Shown: positions 7,861 through 16,370 of the stretch, in pieces
Layout of the letters: the number at the start of each line of letters is the position of its first letter
Position numbering within the stretch: the stretch's first letter is position 1
From: Isosphaeraceae bacterium
GTDB taxonomy: Bacteria; Planctomycetota; Planctomycetia; Isosphaerales; Isosphaeraceae
Assembly (NCBI GenBank): GCA_965199885.1
Contig: CBDATT010000002.1
Span: 1 to 64,000 of the forward strand
Direction: 5' to 3'
DNA: 64,000 bases
Translations under genes and position numbers: made by a program
Notes under the pieces: model-generated
Database searches by the model: none
Seen by the model: only the letters and a program-made list of their open reading frames with translations
Told to the model about the DNA's origin: nothing

Positions 7861-9111
7861 TCAGCCCGACAGCTTGCTGATCAGCGAGATCAGCGGCAGG
7901 AACAACGCGATGACGATGAACCCGATGATCCCACCCAGGACCACGATCATGATCGGTTCAAGCAAGCTCACCAGCGACTCGACCAGCGTTTCGACTTCTT
8001 CGTCATAGTTGTCGGCAATCTTGTTGAGCATCGTGTCGAGGTCGCCCGTTTCCTCACCGACGTCGATCATGTTGACCACGATGTCGTCGACGATCCGCGC
8101 TTCGCGGAGCGGCTGCGCGATCGTTTCCCCTTCGCGGATACTCTCGTAGATCCGGGTAAACGCCCGCTCGAACACCATGTTCCCCGCCGTGTCGCGGACG
8201 ATGTTCAGCGACTCCAAAATCGGCACGCCCGACTGCACCAGCGTCCCCAGCGTCCGCGTCGTCCGGGCCACCGTCGACTTCTCGACGATCTGCCCCATGA
8301 CCGGAATCAAGAGCAAGATCCGGTCAAGGATGTACGCTCCCGTCTTGTTCCGATAGATCAATTTAATCATGATCACAAACAAGACCGGTGCCAGGATGAC
8401 AAGATAAAACTTGTCGACCACGACGTGGCTGGCCACGATCAGGAATTTGGTCATCCCCGGCAGGTCGACGCCGAAGTCTTTGAAGATCGCCTCGAACTTC
8501 GGAATGATGAAGTACAGGATGAACCCGACGATCAAGCACGCGACCGAGATGACGACGATCGGGTAAACCATCGCCGACTTGATCCGCCGCTTCAGCGTTT
8601 GCGACTTTTCCTTGAAGTCCGCCAGGCGCTGCAAGATCGCTTCCAGGGCACCGCCCGCCTCACCCGCCTTGATCATGTTGCAATAGAGCTTGTCGAACGC
8701 CTTGGGGTGCTTGGCGAAGGCGTCGGAGAGCGTGGCTCCCGACTCGATATCTTCAACCACGTCTTCCAAAGCGTTCTTCAAGACCCCCGGCTTCGACTGG
8801 CCGTGGAGGATCTTCAGGCTCCGCAGGATCGGCAGACCGGCGTCTTGCAGCGTCGAAAGCTGACGGGTGAACGTGCAAAGCTGCTTCGTCGAGATCTTGC
8901 CGATCGTGAACGACTTCTTCTTCCCCTTGCGCCCGCCCTTCTTGGCGCCGGCGGGTCCCTTTTTCTTCGCCTTGGCCCGCTCGGAGATCTTCGTGACGAA
9001 GAACCCCTTCTGGCGGATCAGTTGCTGCGCTTCTTCCTGGGTGCTGGCGTCGATGGTGTCCTTCACCTCGCGCCCGGTATTATCCATCGCCTCATATTGA
9101 AACGTCGGCAT
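7861..9111 (-). CDS. type II secretion system protein F / type IV pilus platform protein PilC family
   Basis: 416 aa with two GspF-type repeats and three TM segments. It has an unusual Lys-rich insertion, AKAKKKGPAGAKKGGRKGKKK, in the N-terminal cytoplasmic domain. Confidence 0.85.
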   Translation of the reverse strand: MPTFQYEAMDNTGREVKDTIDASTQEEAQQLIRQKGFFVTKISERAKAKKKGPAGAKKGGRKGKKKSFTIGKISTKQLCTFTRQLSTLQDAGLPILRSLKILHGQSKPGVLKNALEDVVEDIESGATLSDAFAKHPKAFDKLYCNMIKAGEAGGALEAILQRLADFKEKSQTLKRRIKSAMVYPIVVISVACLIVGFILYFIIPKFEAIFKDFGVDLPGMTKFLIVASHVVVDKFYLVILAPVLFVIMIKLIYRNKTGAYILDRILLLIPVMGQIVEKSTVARTTRTLGTLVQSGVPILESLNIVRDTAGNMVFERAFTRIYESIREGETIAQPLREARIVDDIVVNMIDVGEETGDLDTMLNKIADNYDEEVETLVESLVSLLEPIMIVVLGGIIGFIVIALFLPLISLISKLSG

Positions 9112-9211
9112 CCTCGGGACTCCTTCGCTCGGTCTGGGTCGCGGTGGTCGGTGACAGTGTCAGCAGGAAGTGATTCAATGATTGAAACGAATCAGGCCAG
9201 GCCGGGGCGGC

Positions 9212-10930
9212 TCACTCGTCGTCGAGCATGGTTTCGCGGATGATCTCTTCGATCGACGTTTGCCCGGTGTGGATCGCTTCGAGCCCCGACTCGCGGAGGG
9301 TTCGCATCCCGTACTTCCGGCACTCGTCGCGGAAAGCGTCGAGCGACGCTTCGGAGACGACCATCTCGCGGAGGTGTTCGTTCATGACCAGGAGTTCATA
9401 GATCCCCATCCGCCCCTTGTACCCGGTGTTGTTGCACTTCTCGCAACCCTTGCCGTAGTAGAACTTTTTCGACGCGGCGACCTCGGGGGTCATCCCCAGC
9501 TCCATCGCCACTTCGGGACTCGGGGTGAACTCGGTCCGGCAGTTGGTGCAGATCCGCCGGACGAGCCGTTGCGCGAGCACCGCCTCGATCGTCGCGGTGA
9601 TCAAGAACGTCGGGATACCCATGTCACGGAGCCGGGTGATCGCCGACGGCGCGTCGTTGGTGTGCAGCGTCGTGAAGACGATGTGCCCGGTCAACGACGC
9701 CTGAATCGCGATCTCGGCGGTTTCAAGGTCGCGGGTCTCACCGACGAGGATCTTGTCGGGGTCTTGCCGCAGGATCGCCCGCAAGCAGGCGGCGAACGTC
9801 ACCCCGATCTCGCCGTTGATCGGCACCTGGATCAGGCCGTCGATGTCGTACTCGACCGGCTCCTCGGTGGTGATGATCTTTTCTTCCGGCGTGTTCAACT
9901 CGTTGAGCGTGGCGTAGAGCGTCGTCGTCTTGCCCGACGACGTCGGCCCGGTCACCAGGATGATCCCGTTCGGCTTGTGGATGATCTCGCGCCAGACCAC
10001 CAGCGTATCCTCGGGCATGCCGATCTTGCGGATGTCGAGGTTGACCACGGTCCGGTCGAGGATTCGCAGCACGACGCTCTCACCGAACAGGGTCGGCAGG
10101 GTCGAAACGCGGATATCGACCTGGTTACCGCCGATCGCCAGCTCGATCCGGCCGTCCTGCGGCAGCCGACGTTCGGCGATGTCGAGGTTCGACATGACCT
10201 TGATGCGCGACGAGATCGCGGGGGCCAGGTGGCGGGGCGGCGGCACGAGTTCATAGAGGATGCCGTCCACCCGGTACCGCATCTTGTACTCGTCTTCAAA
10301 CGGCTCGAAGTGGATGTCCGACGCCTTGTCCTTGATGGCGAGCAGGAGCACCATGTTCAGGAGCTTGCGAACGGGCGCGGCCTCGGCCATTTCCTCGATC
10401 GCTTCGAGGTCGATCGTGTTTTCGTTCCGGTTCTGGAACTGCGACAGCCCCTTGTCGTTTTCGATCTGCTTGACGACGTCCTGAATCGACTCCTGCTTGC
10501 CGGCATAGAGGCGCGTGATCGCCGCCATCACGTCGGATTCCGCCGCGATCACCCCTTTGACGTCGACGCCGAGGAACGACTTGATGCTGTCGAGCGTCTG
10601 CGGGTCGCGGGGGTCGGCCATCGCGACGGTGACGCTCTTGTCCTTCTTGTGCTGCGAGACCGGGACGATCTTGAACGTCGTCGCCATCGTCTCGTTGACC
10701 AGCTCGGTCAACTCGGCGGGCACCGCCATCTCACCGAGCCGAACCACCTTCATGCCGAACTGTTCGCCGAGCGCCTTGAGCACCTGATCCTCGGTGACCA
10801 CGCCGAGGCGCACCGCGACCTTGCCCAGCAGCTCGTTATCCGACCGCTTCTGCTCTTCGAGCACCTTCCAGAGGGTATCGTCGCTGATGTACCCCATGTC
10901 GACCAGGATCGTGCCGATTCGCCGAGCCAT
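9212..10930 (-). CDS. GspE/PilB-family secretion ATPase with N-terminal T2SSE_N domain
   Basis: 572 aa. Walker A box GPTSSGKTTTLYA, Asp box, His box, and a tetracysteine motif CTNC...CEKC are present. The N-terminal region resembles the GspE N-domain. Confidence 0.85.
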   Translation of the reverse strand: MARRIGTILVDMGYISDDTLWKVLEEQKRSDNELLGKVAVRLGVVTEDQVLKALGEQFGMKVVRLGEMAVPAELTELVNETMATTFKIVPVSQHKKDKSVTVAMADPRDPQTLDSIKSFLGVDVKGVIAAESDVMAAITRLYAGKQESIQDVVKQIENDKGLSQFQNRNENTIDLEAIEEMAEAAPVRKLLNMVLLLAIKDKASDIHFEPFEDEYKMRYRVDGILYELVPPPRHLAPAISSRIKVMSNLDIAERRLPQDGRIELAIGGNQVDIRVSTLPTLFGESVVLRILDRTVVNLDIRKIGMPEDTLVVWREIIHKPNGIILVTGPTSSGKTTTLYATLNELNTPEEKIITTEEPVEYDIDGLIQVPINGEIGVTFAACLRAILRQDPDKILVGETRDLETAEIAIQASLTGHIVFTTLHTNDAPSAITRLRDMGIPTFLITATIEAVLAQRLVRRICTNCRTEFTPSPEVAMELGMTPEVAASKKFYYGKGCEKCNNTGYKGRMGIYELLVMNEHLREMVVSEASLDAFRDECRKYGMRTLRESGLEAIHTGQTSIEEIIRETMLDDE

Positions 10931-11183
10931 GCATCCACCCTTCTTCCGCGCGGGCCAATCGTGTCCGGACTTTTGCTTGCCGCGATCAGGTCAGATTGAG
11001 TTGAATTCGAGCAGCCCGGACCAGAACGGCCCAGGCGAGGACTAGAATGAAGTGGCGAGTCCGGGGAAGACTCGCCGCGAGGCAAACCTGGATTGCTGTT
11101 GGACTTTGGACGCCTGGCGACCCCAAAAAGTTTCCGGCGTGTTGCTGAATTGCATCAACCGGCCGTCACCGAGCCGCCGAGTT

Positions 11184-12293
11184 TCAATCGTCCTCTTCCT
11201 CCGCCTCGTCGTCGTCCATGATCCCCTTTTTGGCGTTGTCGATGCGTCCCCGCAACTCTTCCGGTTTCCGCGACTTGTACATCGCTTCCTCTTCCGTGAT
11301 CAGCCCCTGCTTCCACAGGTTATACAGGCTGTCATCGAGGAGGATCATCCCGTGTTTGCGCCCGGTCTGAATCGACGAGTCGATCCGGTACGTCTTGTTT
11401 TCGCGGATCAGGTTCGAGATGGCGGGGGTGACGACGAGCATCTCGTACGCGGCGACCAGCCCCTTGGGGATGCGGGGCACAAGCGCCTGCGCGAGCACCC
11501 CGAGGATGGCGACGGAAAGCTGCGTGCGGATCTGGTCCTGCTGTTCCTTCGGGAACACGTCGATGATCCGGTTGACCGTTCCTTCAGCCGAGTTCGTGTG
11601 CAGCGTCCCGAAGACGATGTGCCCGGTCTCGGCGGCGGTGACGGCGGCCTGAATCGTCGCGAGGTCACGCATTTCGCCGACGAGGATGATGTCGGGGTCC
11701 ATCCGGAGGGCACGCCGAATCGCCTCGGGGAAGTCGGGAACGTCGATCCCGATCTCGCGCTGGTTGATCAGCGACTTCTTGTGCTTGTGGTAGTACTCGA
11801 TCGGGTCTTCGATCGTGATGATGTGCCGGTCCATGTTGTCGTTGATCCAGTTGATCATCGACGCCAGGGATGTCGTCTTGCCCGACCCCGTCGGCCCCGT
11901 CACGAGGATCAAACCGCGCGGCCGTTGAATCAACTGCTCCATGACGGCCGGCAACCCGAGTTGCTGGAACGTCAGGAATTCGTTCGGCACCCGTCGGAGG
12001 ACCAGGCCGATATTGCCGCGCTGCTTGAAGATGGCAACGCGGAACCGGGCGGCATCACCGAAGGCGAACCCAAAGTCGCACCCGCCGACTTCCTGCAACT
12101 CCTGCTGGCAGCGTTCGGGGGTGATCGACTTCATCAGGGCCGAGGTGTCCGACGACTCAAGCACCTTTGTATTGAGCGGGACCATGTGCCCGCCCAGCCG
12201 GAGCATCGGCTTTGAGCCGACGGTCAGGTGGAGGTCGCTGGCCTTTTGGGTCACGACCGTTTGCAACAACTTGTCGATCAGCAGCGTTCCCAT
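11184..12293 (-). CDS. pilT: twitching motility / pilus retraction ATPase PilT family
   Basis: 369 aa with no N-terminal GspE domain. Walker A box GPTGSGKTTSLASMIN and the PilT-type AIRRALRMDPDIILVGEMRD and His box are present. It has an acidic C-terminal tail DDDEAEEEDD. Confidence 0.85.
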   Translation of the reverse strand: MGTLLIDKLLQTVVTQKASDLHLTVGSKPMLRLGGHMVPLNTKVLESSDTSALMKSITPERCQQELQEVGGCDFGFAFGDAARFRVAIFKQRGNIGLVLRRVPNEFLTFQQLGLPAVMEQLIQRPRGLILVTGPTGSGKTTSLASMINWINDNMDRHIITIEDPIEYYHKHKKSLINQREIGIDVPDFPEAIRRALRMDPDIILVGEMRDLATIQAAVTAAETGHIVFGTLHTNSAEGTVNRIIDVFPKEQQDQIRTQLSVAILGVLAQALVPRIPKGLVAAYEMLVVTPAISNLIRENKTYRIDSSIQTGRKHGMILLDDSLYNLWKQGLITEEEAMYKSRKPEELRGRIDNAKKGIMDDDEAEEEDD

Positions 12294-12632
12294 GAGCGAG
12301 TCGAACCTTTCGCGGAGACTCCGCCAACATCAACCCCACCAGCGCGAGTCGGGGGGTTGACTTTGTCCTGTCGACTAGATGTCCACCGAAAAGGCACCAC
12401 TTTCCGATCGGAAGTGGCGGACCGAGAGAACGATCGGTCCACACCTGATTATTTCGGTGGACAAGGGGAGGATCAAGCACGCCCCCCGAGCGAATTTCGT
12501 CGTAAGCGGCGACGACGGCTCGAATCTCAGGGCAGATCCGAGCCGTCGCGGGGGTCTTGTGGGACGACCCAAACCGGGATCATCCCGAGCAATCCAATGA
12601 GTAGAGACAGTTGGTATTGCGTGCGGTCCGAA

Positions 12633-14366
12633 TCATGTGCCGGTTTCGGACATCGACTCGTGGTGGGTGATCCGGAGGATCTCGTCGATCGTCGTCAGCC
12701 CCTTGAGAGCCTTGATGATCCCGTCCTCGAACAACGTGTGCATCCCCTGTTTCCGAGCGGCTTTACGGATGACGTTGGTCGGTTCCCCCTTGAACGTCAT
12801 GTCGCGGATGGTGCTGGTCATCACCATCAACTCATGGATACCCATCCGGCCCCGGTAGCCCGTCTTGTTGCAGTTCGAGCACCCCTTGCCCTTCATGAAG
12901 TTCGCCTTCTTGGCGATCTCGGGACGGATGCCGATCGACTTCAAAACGTGCGCGGCGGGCTCGTACCGAACCTTGCACTTCGGGCAGATTTTCCGGACCA
13001 ACCGCTGCGCCATGATCCCCATAACCGAGCTGGCGACGAGGAACGGTTGCACGCCGATATCGACCAGTCTTGTTACAGCACTGGGCGCATCGTTCGTGTG
13101 CAGTGTACTGAAAACCAAGTGTCCTGTCAGGCTGGCCTGGATCGCCGTGTTGGCCGTCTCCTCGTCGCGGATTTCCCCGACCAGGAGGATGTTCGGATTT
13201 TGCCGGAGCATGGCCCGGATGATCCGCGCGAACGTCATGCCGATCTTGGCCTTGACCTCGCACTGGTTGACGCCGGGGAGGTAGTACTCGACCGGGTCCT
13301 CGGCGGTGATGATCTTGACGTCGGGGCGGTTCAACTCGTTGAGCGCGGCGTACAGGGTGGTCGTCTTGCCCGACCCCGTCGGCCCGGTCACGAGCAAGAT
13401 CCCGTTCGGCCGTTTGATCAGAGCCTGGAACCGCTTCCAGTTGTCGTCGGAGAATCCCATGTCGCGTAGACTGACCTTGATGTTATCGCGGTCCAGGATT
13501 CGCATGACGACCGACTGGCCATGGTTGGTCGGCAGGATCGAGACGCGGAGGTCGATGTCCTTGCCGGCGACGTGGATCTTGATCCGGCCGTCCTGCGGGC
13601 GCCGTTTTTCGGCAATGTCGATCGACCCCATGATCTTGATACGACTGACCATCGCCCCGAGGAGCCGGCGCGGGGCCGAGTCGCGCTCGACGCAAACGCC
13701 GTCGATCCGGTAGCGAATTCGGACCCGGTCGCCGAACGGTTCGATGTGGATGTCGGAGGCACGGGTGACGACCGCTTCCTGAATGATCAGGTGGACCAAC
13801 CGGATGACCGGCGCGTCGCCTTCTTCGAGCGTGTTTGCCGACGACCCGCTCTTGCCGGCCCCTGGACCTTCGTCGGAGAAGTCGATCGCGGTGTCGGTAA
13901 ATTCCGAGATCATCGAGTCGATCGACTCGGATTCCTGCGACTTGCCGCCATAATACTTGTTGATCGCTTCGAGGATCGCTTCCTTTGACGCCAGCGCCAC
14001 GTCGATCTCGCGGTTCAGGACGAACCGGAGTTTGTCGACCGTCTCGAAGTCGTTCGGGTTGGCCATGATGACCCGGATCATCCCGTTGACCGACGAGAGC
14101 GGCATCACGATGTTTTCGCGCGCGAGCGACTCAGGGACGAGTTCGAGCACCGACGCCGGGATGTCGATATCACGGAGCGCGATGAAATCCATGCTGAACT
14201 GCTCAGCCTTGGCCTTCATCACATCGTCGGTATCAACGTAACCGAGTTTCGCCAGCGCATCTTCCAGCGGCATGTTGCCCATCCGCTGGGCTTCCTTGAG
14301 CTGGTCGGGTCCGATCACCCCGCGCTTGACGAGGATATCGCTCCACTCACGAGCTTGCTTGGCCAT
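12633..14366 (-). CDS. second GspE/PilB-family secretion ATPase (paralogue of the 9212-10930 gene)
   Basis: Walker A box GPTGSGKTTTLYAA and a tetracysteine motif CPKC...CSNC. The start was moved to the Met at 14366, which has GGAGGA 6 nt upstream. Together with the other ATPases it flanks pilT. Confidence 0.8.
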   Translation of the reverse strand: MAKQAREWSDILVKRGVIGPDQLKEAQRMGNMPLEDALAKLGYVDTDDVMKAKAEQFSMDFIALRDIDIPASVLELVPESLARENIVMPLSSVNGMIRVIMANPNDFETVDKLRFVLNREIDVALASKEAILEAINKYYGGKSQESESIDSMISEFTDTAIDFSDEGPGAGKSGSSANTLEEGDAPVIRLVHLIIQEAVVTRASDIHIEPFGDRVRIRYRIDGVCVERDSAPRRLLGAMVSRIKIMGSIDIAEKRRPQDGRIKIHVAGKDIDLRVSILPTNHGQSVVMRILDRDNIKVSLRDMGFSDDNWKRFQALIKRPNGILLVTGPTGSGKTTTLYAALNELNRPDVKIITAEDPVEYYLPGVNQCEVKAKIGMTFARIIRAMLRQNPNILLVGEIRDEETANTAIQASLTGHLVFSTLHTNDAPSAVTRLVDIGVQPFLVASSVMGIMAQRLVRKICPKCKVRYEPAAHVLKSIGIRPEIAKKANFMKGKGCSNCNKTGYRGRMGIHELMVMTSTIRDMTFKGEPTNVIRKAARKQGMHTLFEDGIIKALKGLTTIDEILRITHHESMSETGT

Positions 14367-15245
14367 TGAGGTCCTCCGGAAGAAGGCGCGGAAGGTGATG
14401 GGACAGGATGCGAAAGCCAATCAGATTGGATCAAAACGTCGGCGCGGCGCGGCGACGGGACACATCGCGAACGGAAGCGCCCCCTGCATCATTCTAGCTT
14501 GTCGAGACGATGCGTGAATCCAGGGGTCGGCAAATGGCGGGGATTCACCCTGTCGGCGGTGATCGACTCGCAGGTCGCCTCAACGGCGCAACAGGATGCC
14601 AACCGGCCGGATCAACGCGGAATTGCGCGGCCGATCTTTCCCCAGGCTACCACGCCCACCCCTGACCCACAAGCGGCGCAGGCAAAAACCAGTCTCTATC
14701 AGAGATCTTAGATTTGTTGTGTGGGTGCAACCCACCGTGAATTTGACCTGCTCCCACCAGGCACCTCGAATCAGATTCTGTGGTCTTTCAATGACCACGC
14801 CCACGATCAATGGGATCCCACTTTGTAAAGTCTGGATCTGGCAAAGAATTGACGCTCTGCCATCCGAAACTTCCCCCCTTCGGAGGCGGAGATGAGTACC
14901 AGCGCAAGAAAGGCGACCTCGCCTCGTCCGATGTGGCCTTACGAACCCGATTAGATTGTCTTAAATAGGGCGATGTGGACAGATTATTGAAAATTCGGAA
15001 ATTATTTTGCCAAAGTAAACTGAAATGTCTCGCGATCTCCGATACTATTTCTGTTCAAACGTGCCGACGGTTGCGTCCCGGTCGGGTGGGTGTCAGTTTT
15101 CCGGGGCCAGATTCTGCCTTTTTTGGTCGGTTCCGGTCCACCGCACACGGGGGGCGGCACCCCCTCGACCAGGACGCAACTGGGGCGCATGGGAGCCTCG
15201 CATCGTCGAATTTCACACCCAGGATCGCCGAGGGAGTCTGCATCC

Positions 15246-16214
15246 ATGAGCACTTCCGCCGCTCGGATCGAAGCCAACCGTAAAAACGCTCAGCTCAGCA
15301 CCGGTCCGACCAGCGTTGCCGGCAAGGCGGCGTCGCGGGGCAACGCCCTGAAGCATGGCCTGACCGCGACCGTCGTGGATCTCCCGCCCGACCATGCTCT
15401 GGCCCAGGGGGTCAACCTGCCTGGAGCAGCCTGGGGTAATGGCCAGATCAGGCGGGTGATGAGCCAGATCGACCGCGCCCAGCGGATCGAAGCCGACCTC
15501 CGCGCCGCGGCGGTCTGGCGTGCCCGGACGATGTGGCACGACGACCGCCAGGTCGAGGTCGCGCACCTGGGCGCCACCCTTGCCCGCGACCCGGCCCGCG
15601 TTGCGCTCTTGCTCCAGCAGACCCCGCACGGCTGCGACTGGCTGCTCGAGCGCTGGCGTGGGTTGGCGCGGGTGGTCGAGGCGGGCACGCTCTGGAACGA
15701 CGAGCAAAGCGAGTTGGTTTTCGACATGCTTGGCGTCCCTCGGCCGATCCGGACCGGCTTCCCGACCGGCACAACGCCGGATGATCAGGCCCGCCTGGCG
15801 CGCAATGTCCTGACGGACCTCACGGCGCGCCACGCCCGCGTCGTCGAGGCCGATGAGGTGGCCCGAAAGTTGGCCAGCAACGACGCCCGCGATACCCCGA
15901 CCGTCGAACTCCGCCAGGTCCGCCGCTACGAGCTTGGCCTGTTCCGTCAGCTCCGCTGGCTCCTCTCGACCACGTTCGGACCCACACCCGTTGCCGCGCC
16001 ATCCGATCCCGCTGAGCCAACCGTCGCCGAATCCGCCGCACCAAACGAAGCCATTCCTCCTGCCGAAACGAAGCCAACTCAGCCCGAGCCCGACGTGGTG
16101 CTTGACGACGAATCGGCTCCTCGACCGGCTCGGAGGCATCCCGACCCGGCCAAACTGGCCCAGCGCGACCGCAAAAATCGGCGCAAGCGGCAAGGTCAAA
16201 GTCGCTCTCGCTGA
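15246..16214 (+). CDS. hypothetical protein, member of a two-copy paralogous family in this window (N-terminal motif SAARxEANRxNAQLSxGP...KHGLT)
   Basis: Start chosen at MSTSAARIEANRKNAQLSTGPTSVAGKAASRGNALKHGLTA, which aligns with the N-terminus of the 54311 gene. The Pro-rich C-terminal tail is shared. Paralogy supports the plus strand over the antisense ORF 15213-16235. Confidence 0.45.
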   Translation: MSTSAARIEANRKNAQLSTGPTSVAGKAASRGNALKHGLTATVVDLPPDHALAQGVNLPGAAWGNGQIRRVMSQIDRAQRIEADLRAAAVWRARTMWHDDRQVEVAHLGATLARDPARVALLLQQTPHGCDWLLERWRGLARVVEAGTLWNDEQSELVFDMLGVPRPIRTGFPTGTTPDDQARLARNVLTDLTARHARVVEADEVARKLASNDARDTPTVELRQVRRYELGLFRQLRWLLSTTFGPTPVAAPSDPAEPTVAESAAPNEAIPPAETKPTQPEPDVVLDDESAPRPARRHPDPAKLAQRDRKNRRKRQGQSRSR

Positions 16215-16370
16215 ATCCGCCGCGTTCTTTCTCAATCCAGACCGTTTTCAAGGCGTCCCGACTTTGGGTCACCGACCCCGCGCGCCCCGAGGTTTGCCGA
16301 TCGTTGTGGCACGTCGTCCGCCGGGATAGCATGGGGCGACTCTGGCCGCATCCCTCGTCGAGACCTCACC

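Noticed and set aside
10950-10995. AAAGTCCGG string reminiscent of the RNase P RNA P4 region
   Set aside because: The flanking sequence lacks the GGGCTCCA and other conserved RNase P elements. It lies in the short spacer between gspE and pilT with no room for an approximately 350-nt RNA.
9182-10999. 605-aa plus-strand ORF antisense to the GspE ATPase gene. Similar long antisense ORFs are 17819-20155 (opposite the flotillin-like gene), 20909-23512 (opposite ppdK), 16269-17771 (opposite the amidohydrolase gene), 35015-37012 (opposite the MscK-N gene) and 15213-16235 (opposite the paralogue-family gene).
   Set aside because: Their Arg/Gly/Asp/Pro-rich low-complexity composition is typical of stop-codon-poor antisense frames in about 67% GC DNA. 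The opposite strand carries unmistakable conserved motifs (Walker boxes, the PPDK phospho-His region, amidohydrolase HxH) or a paralogue.
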